From positions 32,001-96,000 of the forward strand of contig CAWAXX010000001.1 in NCBI GenBank assembly GCA_963786105.1: a stretch of DNA of 64,000 nucleotides, in the 5' to 3' direction. The notes beneath the pieces are model-generated. The model was not told the origin of the DNA. It saw nothing but the letters and a program-made list of their open reading frames with translations, and ran no database searches. The DNA comes from Vulcanimicrobiota bacterium (GTDB lineage Bacteria; Vulcanimicrobiota; Vulcanimicrobiia; Vulcanimicrobiales; Vulcanimicrobiaceae). The translations under genes were made by a program, and so were the position numbers. Shown one piece after another: positions 10,218 through 19,679 of this stretch. Position 1 is the stretch's first letter. The number at the start of each line of letters is the position of its first letter.

Positions 10218-10837
10218 TGGCCGTCGCATCGATCGCCCACAGCGGGGCCTCCGACGGTCACGCCGACCAGCTCTACGTCGAAACGCGCGAGCTGCGGCTC
10301 CAGGGCTTCCTGCTCTTCCTGGTGAGCGACTGCGTTCTCTTCTCGTCGTTTATCTTCGCCTATCTGTACCTCCGCAACAGCGGACAGGGCTGGCCGCCGC
10401 CGGGCATCAAGCACCTGGACGTCGCGTTTGCGGCCTGGAACTCGGTGCTGCTCTTCGGGTCCGGCGCGACGATGCACTACGCCCTTGAAAATTGGAAGCA
10501 CGGCAACTTCATGAAGTACATGTGGATGCTGATCTTCACGATCGTTCTCGGCGCGGGATTCTTGGGTGGCCAAGCCTACGAATACAACCATCTCATTTTC
10601 GGCGAGCACGTGAGCTGGTGGGGCAGCGGTATCTTTGGCGCCTCGTTCTTTACGCTTACCGGGATGCACGGCTTTCACGTTTTCGTCGGCGTCTGTTATC
10701 TCACCGTGCTGGTGCTCCAGTCGGCTGCCGGCGTCTATACCGGTCAAAAGTACTTCGGCATCACCGCCGGCACGCTCTATTGGCATTTCGTCGACGTGAT
10801 CTGGGTCGTACTTTTCTCGATCTTCTACTTGATATAG
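10217..10837 (+). CDS. coxC: Cytochrome c oxidase subunit III
   Basis: FLVSD, LTGMHGFHV and YWHFVDVIW motifs; ATG overlaps the coxA stop (TGATG). Confidence 0.95.
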   Translation: MAVASIAHSGASDGHADQLYVETRELRLQGFLLFLVSDCVLFSSFIFAYLYLRNSGQGWPPPGIKHLDVAFAAWNSVLLFGSGATMHYALENWKHGNFMKYMWMLIFTIVLGAGFLGGQAYEYNHLIFGEHVSWWGSGIFGASFFTLTGMHGFHVFVGVCYLTVLVLQSAAGVYTGQKYFGITAGTLYWHFVDVIWVVLFSIFYLI

Positions 10838-10847
10838 GGAATCATCG

Positions 10848-11063
10848 ATGAACGTAGATCTCGCAATGCTCGAAAGAACCGGCGCGGTTGCCGGCGGCAT
10901 TATCGTGGGTGTCGTCGCCTTCTACGCTTTGTACAAAGACTGGAGTACGCCCGGCGTCGAGAATCACGTCTTCAAACTCATGTTGCTGTTGTTGGGGGTC
11001 GGTGCGATCCTGGCGATTTTAGCCGGCATCAACGTCCTCGGCAACTTCCCCAAGGCCGCGTAA
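10848..11063 (+). CDS. Small two-TM membrane protein in the cox operon
   Basis: Two hydrophobic segments; 10 nt after coxC with a GGGA RBS. Confidence 0.7.
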   Translation: MNVDLAMLERTGAVAGGIIVGVVAFYALYKDWSTPGVENHVFKLMLLLLGVGAILAILAGINVLGNFPKAA

Positions 11064-11076
11064 GGGATTCGCACAC

Positions 11077-11280
11077 ATGATCGTCAGCGACAACGAATAC
11101 CTCGACTTTAGCCGGGTTCCACAGAGCCGCGGCATTCCGAAGGCCATCGTGTACGCGGTAGCCGTCGGTCTCGTCGTAATTTTTGCGATCGGCGCGTCGT
11201 GCTGTTTGCTCTCCGGATACGGGCACAAATGGCCGGCGACGTCGACGATGCGCGTCGACCTCGGCCCGTACCACCACTAG
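11077..11280 (+). CDS. Small single-TM membrane protein in the cox operon
   Basis: One hydrophobic segment; AAGGGA RBS; 13 nt after the previous gene. Confidence 0.65.
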   Translation: MIVSDNEYLDFSRVPQSRGIPKAIVYAVAVGLVVIFAIGASCCLLSGYGHKWPATSTMRVDLGPYHH

Positions 11281-11291
11281 CGTCCTCGTGA

Positions 11292-11523
11292 TGTCATCCT
11301 GAGCGGAGCGAGCATAGCGAGCGCAGTCGAAGACGATCGATCCGATCTAACTCGCCACCTTCGGGACGTTCGCGTTTTCGCGTCCGTGCGAAAACGCTAC
11401 TCGGCCGGCGCGTCGCTCCCGGCATCCGTGCCTTCGCTCCGCGTCCGGACGCCCTCAGGTTGGCGAGTAGTCGGATCGAGCGGGTCCTTCGACTGCGCGC
11501 CGCGGTGCTGCGCTCGGGATGAC
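11292..11523. repeat. Composite palindromic REPIN/MITE-like element (~231 bp)
   Basis: Terminal inverted repeats GTCATCCTGAGCG..GCAGTCGAAG / CTTCGACTGC..CGCTCGGGATGAC; inner arms TCGATCCGA..ACTCGCCACCT / AGGTTGGCGAGT..TCGGATCGA. Confidence 0.85.
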
Positions 11524-11532
11524 GCGTGAGAG

Positions 11533-12120
11533 CTAGTCCCTGAACTTTTCGCGGGCGATTCCAATGGCCAGTAGCGGCAAATCGTCGTCGGGCAGCAGTC
11601 CGGTCGGCTTGCCGTCGATCTTGTGAATGCCGGCATAGACCGAGAATTCGATCAACGATGGAATCGTCGCGTTCGGCAGGCGCTTTCTGCCCAGCCACTC
11701 CCACTCGCACGCGACCGATCGATCCGCAAAGAGCGCTGCAACGTACCCGCACGCGTCGCTTTGCGAATGTTCGTCAGGTTCGCGATAGCGCACGTATCCG
11801 TCAAGAATGTAGATCGGCTTGAACGTTTGGAGGTAGGCGGCGAACGGCGCCACCAGCACCGCTATGAAGTAGCCGGCAAAGACTACCGCACCCAGTCCGA
11901 AGATCGGTGCGATCTTGACGAGCGTGGCGTCGTCGGGAACGTGCTGCGCTCGCCACACGATGCCCCACGTGAGCAGGCTCATGAAGAGCGTGCCGAGCAA
12001 CGGCTCGATGGCGATCGCCAAGCGGCCGGTCAAACCTCGCCAAACGATGCGGCGTTCCCGCGGCGTCCAGTTTCGATGCGCCAACTGTCTCGCGCGCCGG
12101 TCGAACTCGCGGAACTTCAC
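11533..12120 (-). CDS. Hypothetical two-TM membrane protein
   Basis: GTG start overlaps the MFS stop (GTGA); two hydrophobic helices then a soluble domain. Confidence 0.7.
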   Translation of the reverse strand: MKFREFDRRARQLAHRNWTPRERRIVWRGLTGRLAIAIEPLLGTLFMSLLTWGIVWRAQHVPDDATLVKIAPIFGLGAVVFAGYFIAVLVAPFAAYLQTFKPIYILDGYVRYREPDEHSQSDACGYVAALFADRSVACEWEWLGRKRLPNATIPSLIEFSVYAGIHKIDGKPTGLLPDDDLPLLAIGIAREKFRD

Positions 12121-13454
12121 GCGACCTCGAGTTGCGTGATCGGTTGCGTGCCCTCGTCCCGGCGCGATTTCAACGTCGCCGCCAGCACCAGCGCGAAGAA
12201 CGCCACCCCGCAAAATCCCAAGTAAGCGTGGCGATACCCCAGCAATTCGTTGGTTGCCAAGCCGATGAGTCCGCCGGCCAGCGACGTGCCGAGAATCTGT
12301 CCGACGATCAAACACTGGCTCAGCAGGCCAACCGCGGTTGCGCGCACGGCTTCCGGCGTTTCGCTCGTGATGATGTAGCGGGTCGGAGCCCCCAACAAGG
12401 CACCGAATCCGGCGCCCGCAACCACCATCGCGATCAACGCCAGCCACAGCGAACTAAAGCCGAGCGCGAAGATCGCCAAGCCGAGTTCGGTGAGGATCGT
12501 CCCCGCAAGCAACACGTCGCGACTGCCGATTCGGTCGAGCGCCTTCCCCGCCGACGGAATGACGACGACGAACGTGAGCGCGCCCAACGCGGCGACCAGG
12601 CCGGCCGCAGCGGCCGAAAGGTTCTGGGCGCCGACCAAAACGGTCGGAATAAAGAACAGGGCACCCTCGAGCATGCCGATGGAGATTTCCAGAACGTAGG
12701 TCTTGGCTAGTTGCGGCATCCGAAAGAGACTCATCGGTACGATCGGCGCGTCCGCGAGCTTCTGCTCCCACAGCACGAACCCGGCAAGCGATACGGCGCC
12801 CAAGATGCCGATCAGCGGACGCGACGCGATTAAGCCGTCCATCACCGCCAGCAGACCGACGCAAAGCAAGAACAACCCGACCACGTCAAGCGGCTCGTTT
12901 CGGCGCGGGGCCGCCGTGGGCAAGTACCTGCGAGCGAGGGCGAACACGACCGCAGCAATCGGTACGTTCGCCGCAAAAATCCAGCGCCAAGAGATGAAAT
13001 GCGTTACCAGACCGCCGAACGTCGGTCCGATTACCGCGGCTAGGCCCCAGGTGGCGGCGACCAGCCCCAGTGCCGCGCCGCGCCGCTCGCGCGGAACTAC
13101 GTCGCCGATGGCGGCGGTCGCCACCGGAAAAACGCCGCCCGCTCCAAGCGCTTGCAGCGCGCGGGCCGCCAAAAACACGGGATAGTTCGGCGCGACCATC
13201 GCCAGCACGCTACCCACGGCAAACAACGCGATGCAGCCCAAGTAGACCGCTCGCCGGCCGTATCGATCCGCGAGCACGCTCGCGACCGCAATCGACACGA
13301 TCGTCGCGAGGAGGTAAAGCGTAAAAACCCACGCGAGGTCGCTCGTCGCAACGCCGAGGTCTTTGCCCAGCGCAGGCAATGCCGGTGAAAGGACGCTCAG
13401 GTCGAGCGCGCCGACGAAGACTCCCAAGCCAAGCGTGAGGAGCAGGGGCTTCAC
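12117..13454 (-). CDS. MFS transporter (DHA2-like drug efflux family)
   Basis: LDLSVLSPALP, LADRYGRR, ARALQALGAG, GPTFGG and WRWIF motifs. Confidence 0.93.
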   Translation of the reverse strand: MKPLLLTLGLGVFVGALDLSVLSPALPALGKDLGVATSDLAWVFTLYLLATIVSIAVASVLADRYGRRAVYLGCIALFAVGSVLAMVAPNYPVFLAARALQALGAGGVFPVATAAIGDVVPRERRGAALGLVAATWGLAAVIGPTFGGLVTHFISWRWIFAANVPIAAVVFALARRYLPTAAPRRNEPLDVVGLFLLCVGLLAVMDGLIASRPLIGILGAVSLAGFVLWEQKLADAPIVPMSLFRMPQLAKTYVLEISIGMLEGALFFIPTVLVGAQNLSAAAAGLVAALGALTFVVVIPSAGKALDRIGSRDVLLAGTILTELGLAIFALGFSSLWLALIAMVVAGAGFGALLGAPTRYIITSETPEAVRATAVGLLSQCLIVGQILGTSLAGGLIGLATNELLGYRHAYLGFCGVAFFALVLAATLKSRRDEGTQPITQLEVA

Positions 13455-14329
13455 GAGATGACGATTCTATCGATGACCATGACGGCGCACATCAGCGCCA
13501 GATAAAGCAGCGAAAAACGGAACAAACGGCGTGCCGCCTTCAGATCCTCTTTTGCTTGCCACGTTCGCACGGCGTCGAGCAGGAAGACGCCCCCCAGCAG
13601 GGCGGCGGACGCAAAGTAAAACGCTCCCATGACGTGCAGCGGGTACAGCGCGAGCGAGACGGCCACCAAGACCAAGCTGTAATAAACGATTTCGCGCTTC
13701 GTGCGCTGTTCGCCGTATACGTTGGGAAACATCGGGATTTTCGCCTTGGCATAGTCGAGCTCGGTCACCAGCGAAAGCGACCAAAAATGTGGAGGCGTCC
13801 AAAGAAAAATCAACACGAACAAACCCACCGCCGGGCCGCCGATCGCATGCGTGACCGCCGCCCAGCCGACCAGCGGAGGAACGGCGCCGGCCGCACCGCC
13901 GATGACGATATTGAGCGGCGTAATCCGCTTCAGCCACATCGTGTAGACTACGACGTAAAAGACGTTCCCGGCCAACGAGAGGCACGCCGCCAGCGGATTG
14001 ACGAGGAGGTACAGGATGGCGAATCCCGCGAGCCCGATCACGAGCGCGAAGACGGTGGCGTCGCGCACGCCGACGCGCCCCTGCGGAATCGGACGCATGC
14101 TGGTGCGCTGCATCAAACGATCGATGTCGGCATCGTACGCACAGTTCAGCGCGCCCGCCGATGCGGCGGCCATCGCTCCGCCGAGAAGCGTCCAAAAGAC
14201 CAGTCCCAACGGGGGAAGGCCGCGCGCGGCCATAACCATCGCCGCGGCAGTCGTAATCAACAGCAGAACGATGATGCGCGGCTTCGAAAGTTCGTAGTAG
14301 TCGCCGACGTAGGAGAGCGTTGCTCTCAC
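13451..14329 (-). CDS. ctaB: Protoheme IX farnesyltransferase (heme o synthase)
   Basis: ELSKPRI, DIDRLMQRTSMRP, YTMWLKR, GGAAGAVPPLVGW and LWTPPHFW motifs; GTG at 14329 overlaps the ctaA stop. Confidence 0.95.
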   Translation of the reverse strand: MRATLSYVGDYYELSKPRIIVLLLITTAAAMVMAARGLPPLGLVFWTLLGGAMAAASAGALNCAYDADIDRLMQRTSMRPIPQGRVGVRDATVFALVIGLAGFAILYLLVNPLAACLSLAGNVFYVVVYTMWLKRITPLNIVIGGAAGAVPPLVGWAAVTHAIGGPAVGLFVLIFLWTPPHFWSLSLVTELDYAKAKIPMFPNVYGEQRTKREIVYYSLVLVAVSLALYPLHVMGAFYFASAALLGGVFLLDAVRTWQAKEDLKAARRLFRFSLLYLALMCAVMVIDRIVIS

Positions 14330-15246
14330 CGGCCGGCGACCGCGTGTTCGGAGTTCTTCAACGCCCCCGAGTCGAGGAGCGCGAACAGCGTCGCGACGAC
14401 GAAGGCGAGAAATGCGAGGGCGGCGTTGACCGCATGCGCTTCGCGAAGGTCGGTCGGCAGTCGCAACGCGACGTTGAGCAGTCCCAGCAACACTTGAACG
14501 CAAACGAGTCCGACGCCGACGCTGGTGGCCGCGCGAACGCGGTTCGAGGCGGGGCGAGCCCAGGCAAGTGCGAGCGATCCAGCCGCGCCGACGAGCGTGA
14601 CGCCCGCCGCGAAACGATGCAGCATCTGCACGAATTGCCCGTCGGTGTACACGACGACGCTTCCGGCACAGCCTGGAATCGACAGGCACGCGAGGCCGGC
14701 ACCGCTCGAACTCACGTACGCGCCGACACACATCGTGAGGAACGCTACGGCCGCCGTCGCGGCGAGCAGCGCGCGAAGCTGCGCGCCGGGTTGGAGGGCC
14801 GGAAAGACGCTATCGGCTGAGTCCACGGCGCTTGCGAAGATGGCCATCGCGGACAGCGCGCCAATGAGGGCCATCGCGGTGCCCCAATGCAAAACGACCG
14901 ACATCGGGCTGTTGGCCAGTCGCACCGTCGCCGCACCGAGCAGCACCTGAGCGAGGAAGAGCACGGCGATCGCGACGACCGTCGGGGCGATGAACGGCGA
15001 ACGCGCGCGCTGCCGCCACGCGGAAACGACGAGCGCCACGACCAGCGGTGCGACCAGGAACGCTAACAAACGGTGCAGCCATTCCCAAACCGTGCCGCCG
15101 CTCATCGAGGGAAGGACGCTTCCGTGGCACAGCGGCCAATCGGGACAGGTTTCGCCGGCACCGTTGATCCGCGTCCAACTGCCGAGCACGACCGTACCGA
15201 GGGCGACGAGATCGGTTCCCAACGCCAGGCGACGCAGAGTTTTCAT
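14326..15246 (-). CDS. ctaA: Heme A synthase (COX15/CtaA)
   Basis: GAGETCPDWPLCHG, EWLHR and QMLHR motifs. Confidence 0.93.
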   Translation of the reverse strand: MKTLRRLALGTDLVALGTVVLGSWTRINGAGETCPDWPLCHGSVLPSMSGGTVWEWLHRLLAFLVAPLVVALVVSAWRQRARSPFIAPTVVAIAVLFLAQVLLGAATVRLANSPMSVVLHWGTAMALIGALSAMAIFASAVDSADSVFPALQPGAQLRALLAATAAVAFLTMCVGAYVSSSGAGLACLSIPGCAGSVVVYTDGQFVQMLHRFAAGVTLVGAAGSLALAWARPASNRVRAATSVGVGLVCVQVLLGLLNVALRLPTDLREAHAVNAALAFLAFVVATLFALLDSGALKNSEHAVAGR

Positions 15247-15338
15247 GAGCGACTTTCAGGGTAGCCTTGGGGCTTCATCGTTCACAATGACATTGGAGGG
15301 TAGCGAAATCATAGCCTTTGCCAGGGGGCGCTAGGACT

Positions 15339-15791
15339 ATGCGGGCGAAGGCGTCGGCCGTGAAACGCTGGTGGGCGCTGGCGGCGCTCGTGCTCCTGGT
15401 CGGTTGCCGGGAGGTCCGCGTGAAAACGCTCGCTCAGGGAACCACGACCGCTCTCGGCGGCAATCAAATCGTCGTCGTTCGGGATCCGGCCGACCTCGCC
15501 AAGCTCGGCATCCGTGCGCCGGTTCATTTCCGCGGAGAGTTCGGCGTCATCCTGATGATGGGGCCCCACGTTCGCACCGGCTACAAGCAGATTATCGAGT
15601 CGATTCGAGCCAACGATCAGCGCGTTCGCGTGGTGGCATTCGAGCAGGAACCGGGCGACGGCGGCGAACCTTCCACGAGCTATCGCACGTACACGTTGTG
15701 GATCGTGCCGAATAGCGTGTACCGGCGCGGCGTTCGGGTCGAAGTTGTGACCCCCAGCGACGAACCGATTGCAACGACGTACTTGCCGTAG
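15339..15791 (+). CDS. Lipoprotein with PrcB C-terminal-like domain
   Basis: Lipobox LVGC; ILMMGPHVRTGY..IESI pattern. Confidence 0.6.
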   Translation: MRAKASAVKRWWALAALVLLVGCREVRVKTLAQGTTTALGGNQIVVVRDPADLAKLGIRAPVHFRGEFGVILMMGPHVRTGYKQIIESIRANDQRVRVVAFEQEPGDGGEPSTSYRTYTLWIVPNSVYRRGVRVEVVTPSDEPIATTYLP

Positions 15792-15807
15792 CGGACACGT
15801 TCGGCAC

Positions 15808-16905
15808 ATGTTCTATTCGAAAGGCCCGATGCTAGCGCGCGAATCAGAGGGTCGGCTCGAGGTGCGGGTCGAGCGACTGGGGCTGGTCCTCGAGCCCGAC
15901 GGCGAGCCTACCGAAGCGGGGGGAATTCTCAATCCCGCGGCCGCTCGCACGCCGAAGGGCGAGTTGCTGCTCTACCCGCGCTGCGTCGCCGAGGGCAACG
16001 TCTCGCGCGTTCGTGCGGTACGAACGCAGGCCTTGGATCGCGGCTTCGACGTGAAGAGACTCGACTTCGCGCTCGTCCCGAAAGCGCCGTACGAAATCCG
16101 TCCCAATCCCGGATACGGTTGCGAAGATCCGCGCGTCACTTACGTGCCCGTACTCAACGCCTACCTCATGGCGTACACAGCCTTCGGACCCGAGGGACCG
16201 CGTATCGCGATTGCCGTTTCGGAGGACGCCTATCGTTGGGAACGCCTCGGACAGGTTCACTTCGAAGGCGGCGGCGTCATTATCGGCGACGACAAAGACG
16301 CGGCGTTCTTTCCCGAACCCGTTCTCTCTCCGACCGGAGTGAAGAGCTTGGCTTTCTATCATCGCCCGATGCTCCATCTCTCCGCGGTGGACGGACGCGC
16401 CGCCATTCCGATGATCGAGCGCATGCCGTTCTCCGAGCGCGAATCGATTCGTATCGCCTACGTTCCGTTACAGGCCGTTCTCAAAGACCGAGCAAACCTG
16501 CTCGACGTCGGCGAGAGCGTCGACGTGCTCTCACCCGATGCGAATTGGGGATCGATCAAAATCGGTGCCGGCACGCCGCCGGTACGCATCGCCGAAGGCT
16601 GGATGTCGCTCTTTCACGGCGTCGACGTGGTCCCGGACGAGCACAAAAAACCGTCGTTGAGCTATAGCAGCGGTCTGGTGATTCACGACCTGGAGCGGCC
16701 GGATCGCATCCTCTACCGCTCGCCCAAACCGATTCTTTCGCCGACGAGCGAGCGCGAGCGGTCCGGCGTCGTGGACAACGTGGTGTTTCCAACCGGATTA
16801 GATCAGCGCCGGGATCTCGGCGATCGCGTGTTCGACGTGTACTATGGAATGGGCGATCATTCCGTCGGTGCGGCCCGAATGTGGCTCGGCCGCCCTTTCC
16901 GCTGA
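15808..16905 (+). CDS. GH130-family glycosidase/phosphorylase
   Basis: LNPAA, GCEDPRV, DKDAAFFP, KIGAGTPP and NVVFPTG motifs. Confidence 0.88.
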   Translation: MFYSKGPMLARESEGRLEVRVERLGLVLEPDGEPTEAGGILNPAAARTPKGELLLYPRCVAEGNVSRVRAVRTQALDRGFDVKRLDFALVPKAPYEIRPNPGYGCEDPRVTYVPVLNAYLMAYTAFGPEGPRIAIAVSEDAYRWERLGQVHFEGGGVIIGDDKDAAFFPEPVLSPTGVKSLAFYHRPMLHLSAVDGRAAIPMIERMPFSERESIRIAYVPLQAVLKDRANLLDVGESVDVLSPDANWGSIKIGAGTPPVRIAEGWMSLFHGVDVVPDEHKKPSLSYSSGLVIHDLERPDRILYRSPKPILSPTSERERSGVVDNVVFPTGLDQRRDLGDRVFDVYYGMGDHSVGAARMWLGRPFR

Positions 16906-16910
16906 GGTAG

Positions 16911-16936
16911 GTTTTTGTTCGGGGCCCCGTGGGAAT
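16911..16936 (+). promoter_or_regulatory. SigB/SigF-like promoter
   Basis: GTTTTT-N14-GGGAAT ending 10 nt before the ATG at 16947. Confidence 0.65.
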
Positions 16937-16946
16937 ACGGTGGCTC

Positions 16947-18251
16947 ATGACAGCCCGCTCGAAGCGTGCCGCGTCACCGCGTGCGCTGCCGGCGCGGATT
17001 GCCGGTTTTTTCAAAATTCTCGGACCGGGCCTCATCACCGGCGCGGCCGACGACGATCCCTCGGGTATTTCTACGTATTCCGTTGCCGGCGCGTCGACGG
17101 GCTTCTCGATGCTATGGCTTACCTTGATTTCGACGCCGATGATGGCGGTGATCCAAGGCATGTGCGCGCGCATCTCAATGGTGACGGGCGAGGGTCTAGC
17201 CGCGGTGATGCGCAAGCGACTACCGATCTCAGTCGCGTACGCGCTCGCCGGACTAATCATCGTAGCCAACACCTTTAACGTCGGCGCCGATCTTGGGGGA
17301 ATGGCCGCCGCCACCGCGATGGTCGTGCCGGTGCCGGCGGAAGCCTGCGTGTTTCTTTTTGGCATCGGCCTGATGGCGGCGCAGATGTGGCTTTCCTACG
17401 GGACGATCGCACGTATCTTCAAGTGGCTGACGTTGACGCTCTTCGCGTACGTCGTCACCGCCTTTGTCGTAAGGCCTCCGTGGCCGATCGTGCTGTCGCA
17501 CCTCGTCGTCCCGCATATCGCCTTCGATTCGAGATGGCTTTCGACGATGGTCGGGGTACTGGGAACGACGATCACACCATATCTGTTTTTTTGGCAGTCG
17601 TCCCTTATGGTCGAGGAAGAAAAAGAGCAAGGCAACACGACTCGAGCCTCGCGCCGCGGCACCGACCAGGGCGCCGTTCGCGACATGCACGCCGACGTCA
17701 ACGCCGGAATGATCTTTTCGAACCTCGTGGCGTTCTTTATCATCGTGACGACCGCGGCAACGTTGGGCGCGCACGGCAAGCACGACATTGCGACGGCGCA
17801 GCAGGCCGCCGAAGCGTTACGCCCGCTCGCCGGTCCGTTCGCCGCACTGCTGTTCACCCTCGGCATGGTGGGCACTGGGATTCTTGCCGTACCGGTGCTT
17901 GCCGGTTCGTCGGCATACGTCGTCGCACAGACGTTTAAGTTTCGCGAAGGCTTGAACGAGAAGCCGCACCGTGCTCCTCAGTTTTACGGGGTTATCGCTG
18001 CCGGTCTCGTCATCGGCATTGCGATGAACCTGTTTCGCGTAGACCCGATTAGAGCGCTGTTTTGGTCGGCGGTCCTCAACGGCGTCGCGGCCGTACCACT
18101 CATCGTCGTGATCGTCCTTTTTGCGTCGAACTCATCGATTATGGGTCAATGGCGTAGCTCGAGTGTGGCACGAATCTGGGGATGGGGTACCGCCGCTCTT
18201 ATGGCTGCGGCCACAATCGGGATGTTCTATTTTACGCTTAAGGGCTCTTGA
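16947..18251 (+). CDS. Nramp-family divalent metal cation transporter
   Basis: LGPGLITGAADDDPSGI, GTTITPYLFFWQ and AAEALRPLAG motifs. Confidence 0.92.
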   Translation: MTARSKRAASPRALPARIAGFFKILGPGLITGAADDDPSGISTYSVAGASTGFSMLWLTLISTPMMAVIQGMCARISMVTGEGLAAVMRKRLPISVAYALAGLIIVANTFNVGADLGGMAAATAMVVPVPAEACVFLFGIGLMAAQMWLSYGTIARIFKWLTLTLFAYVVTAFVVRPPWPIVLSHLVVPHIAFDSRWLSTMVGVLGTTITPYLFFWQSSLMVEEEKEQGNTTRASRRGTDQGAVRDMHADVNAGMIFSNLVAFFIIVTTAATLGAHGKHDIATAQQAAEALRPLAGPFAALLFTLGMVGTGILAVPVLAGSSAYVVAQTFKFREGLNEKPHRAPQFYGVIAAGLVIGIAMNLFRVDPIRALFWSAVLNGVAAVPLIVVIVLFASNSSIMGQWRSSSVARIWGWGTAALMAAATIGMFYFTLKGS

Positions 18252-18263
18252 GCGCTCTCCCAC

Positions 18264-18289
18264 GATTCGGAACGCGCGATTGCGGGTAG
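18264..18289 (+). promoter_or_regulatory. SigB/SigF-like promoter
   Basis: GATTCG-N14-GGGTAG upstream of the 18333 gene. Confidence 0.45.
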
Positions 18290-18332
18290 TATGGGGGAAA
18301 CTGTTCGCTTGAAAGAGTTGGGGGAAACGTTG

Positions 18333-18494
18333 ATGGGCGGTATTTTATGGGCGATTATCGTGGTGCTGTTCGTTCTTTGGCTGCTGGGGTTTCTGGCGTT
18401 CCACATCGGCGGCGGCCTGATTCACGTCTTGCTCGTGATCGCTCTCGTGTTGTTGATCGTCAATCTGCTAACCGGCAGAGGCGCACGAATTTAA
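18333..18494 (+). CDS. lmo0937-family (DUF5670) small membrane protein, copy 1
   Basis: MGGILWAIIVVLFVLWLLGFLAFHIGGGLIHVLLVIAL..GRGARI. Confidence 0.85.
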   Translation: MGGILWAIIVVLFVLWLLGFLAFHIGGGLIHVLLVIALVLLIVNLLTGRGARI

Positions 18495-18577
18495 CACAAG
18501 TTTCATTTAACCGTTAAAAGCGCGAGCTTTGAGGCGACTATGTCAGTGACCTGACAGACCGGCTTGCGTGCGACGCT

Positions 18578-19288
18578 CTATAGTAAGACGCCGGATGGAG
18601 AGGATGGCGCGTAGAGTTGTTGATACGCCTTGGAAATCGCTTTGTAGCATTCGCACGAGATTGTTTCGAGGCCGTCGCGATCGAGGATCCGTACATCGCC
18701 GCGCCGGTATTGGATGAGTCCGGCCTTCTGCAGCGTAGCGGCGGCGTCGGAAACGGTTGGTCTGCGCGAACCGACCATTTCGGCCAAGAGCTCTTGAATG
18801 AGCTGGAAGTCGTCGCTGCCCGCCCGCTCGGCGGTGGTCAGCAACCAGCGAGCACAACGTTGAACGACGTTGTGCAGCCGGTTGCAGGCAGCGGATTGCG
18901 AGATGACGTTGATCAGGACGTTAGCGTAGCGCAGCAGAAAGCTGAAGACCTCGGGATGCGCGTGGACGACGTGCAAGAAAAGGTCAGCCGGGACGAGATA
19001 CGCTTCTCCCGGTACTTGAATGAAGGAGCGCAGCGCGCCGGTATCTCCGCCCAGAATCGCCGAGATTCCGACGATCCCCTCGTTTCCGATCGTCACCGCT
19101 TCGATCACATCGCCGTCGCTCATGCAGGCGACGGTCGACGCGACCGCGGTCAAGGGGAAACAGAAAGTCGAAACTGGCTCGCCGGGCTCGACGAGCGCGA
19201 AGTGCGTTTCGAGCTGCCGGACTTCAAAGGCGCTTTGCAGCGATTCCAGCGCGCGGGGATCGAGCGTATTCAGAACGCGGTTTCCCAT
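18578..19288 (-). CDS. Crp/Fnr-family transcriptional regulator
   Basis: IGNEGIVG, QSAACNRLH..QRCARWLL, QELLAEMVGSRRPTVS HTH; alternative start at 19318. Confidence 0.9.
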   Translation of the reverse strand: MGNRVLNTLDPRALESLQSAFEVRQLETHFALVEPGEPVSTFCFPLTAVASTVACMSDGDVIEAVTIGNEGIVGISAILGGDTGALRSFIQVPGEAYLVPADLFLHVVHAHPEVFSFLLRYANVLINVISQSAACNRLHNVVQRCARWLLTTAERAGSDDFQLIQELLAEMVGSRRPTVSDAAATLQKAGLIQYRRGDVRILDRDGLETISCECYKAISKAYQQLYAPSSPSGVLL

Positions 19289-19364
19289 AGGTATGCACTT
19301 CTCGCAGCGCACGGGCAAACCTCGAATCGGTTTGCACCGGCGCGCTCCAATCTACGAGGCCGGC

Positions 19365-19679
19365 ATGGAGCCTGAGGCGCCTCTCGGCTCGTTCGATCTC
19401 GAAACGAACACGCTGGTGCTGAGCGGGGAGTGGGACTTTTCGCTGATGGACGAGTTGCATCGCCTTACGGAGGGGCTGTGCGGCGGTGAGGGGACGGTCG
19501 ATTTGAGAGATGTCACCTTTATGGACTCGTCGGTCATCAACACCATCGTTCGGACTCACAAACGGCTTGCGGCCAACGGAGGCCGGCTGCGACTGGTGAC
19601 CGGGGGTGGGCATATCGCAAAGTTGCTGAACATCACGGGATTAGGCCGGGTCATGGAGATCGACGGTAGAATGCCGTGA
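19365..19679 (+). CDS. STAS-domain anti-sigma-factor antagonist
   Basis: LSGEWD, VDLRDVTFMDSS and LLNITGL motifs. Confidence 0.88.
   Translation: MEPEAPLGSFDLETNTLVLSGEWDFSLMDELHRLTEGLCGGEGTVDLRDVTFMDSSVINTIVRTHKRLAANGGRLRLVTGGGHIAKLLNITGLGRVMEIDGRMP

Noticed and set aside
18489..18516. Possible dif site (ATTTAACACAA matches the XerD arm at 10 of 11 positions)
   Set aside because: The XerC arm does not match and the sequence overlaps a stop codon
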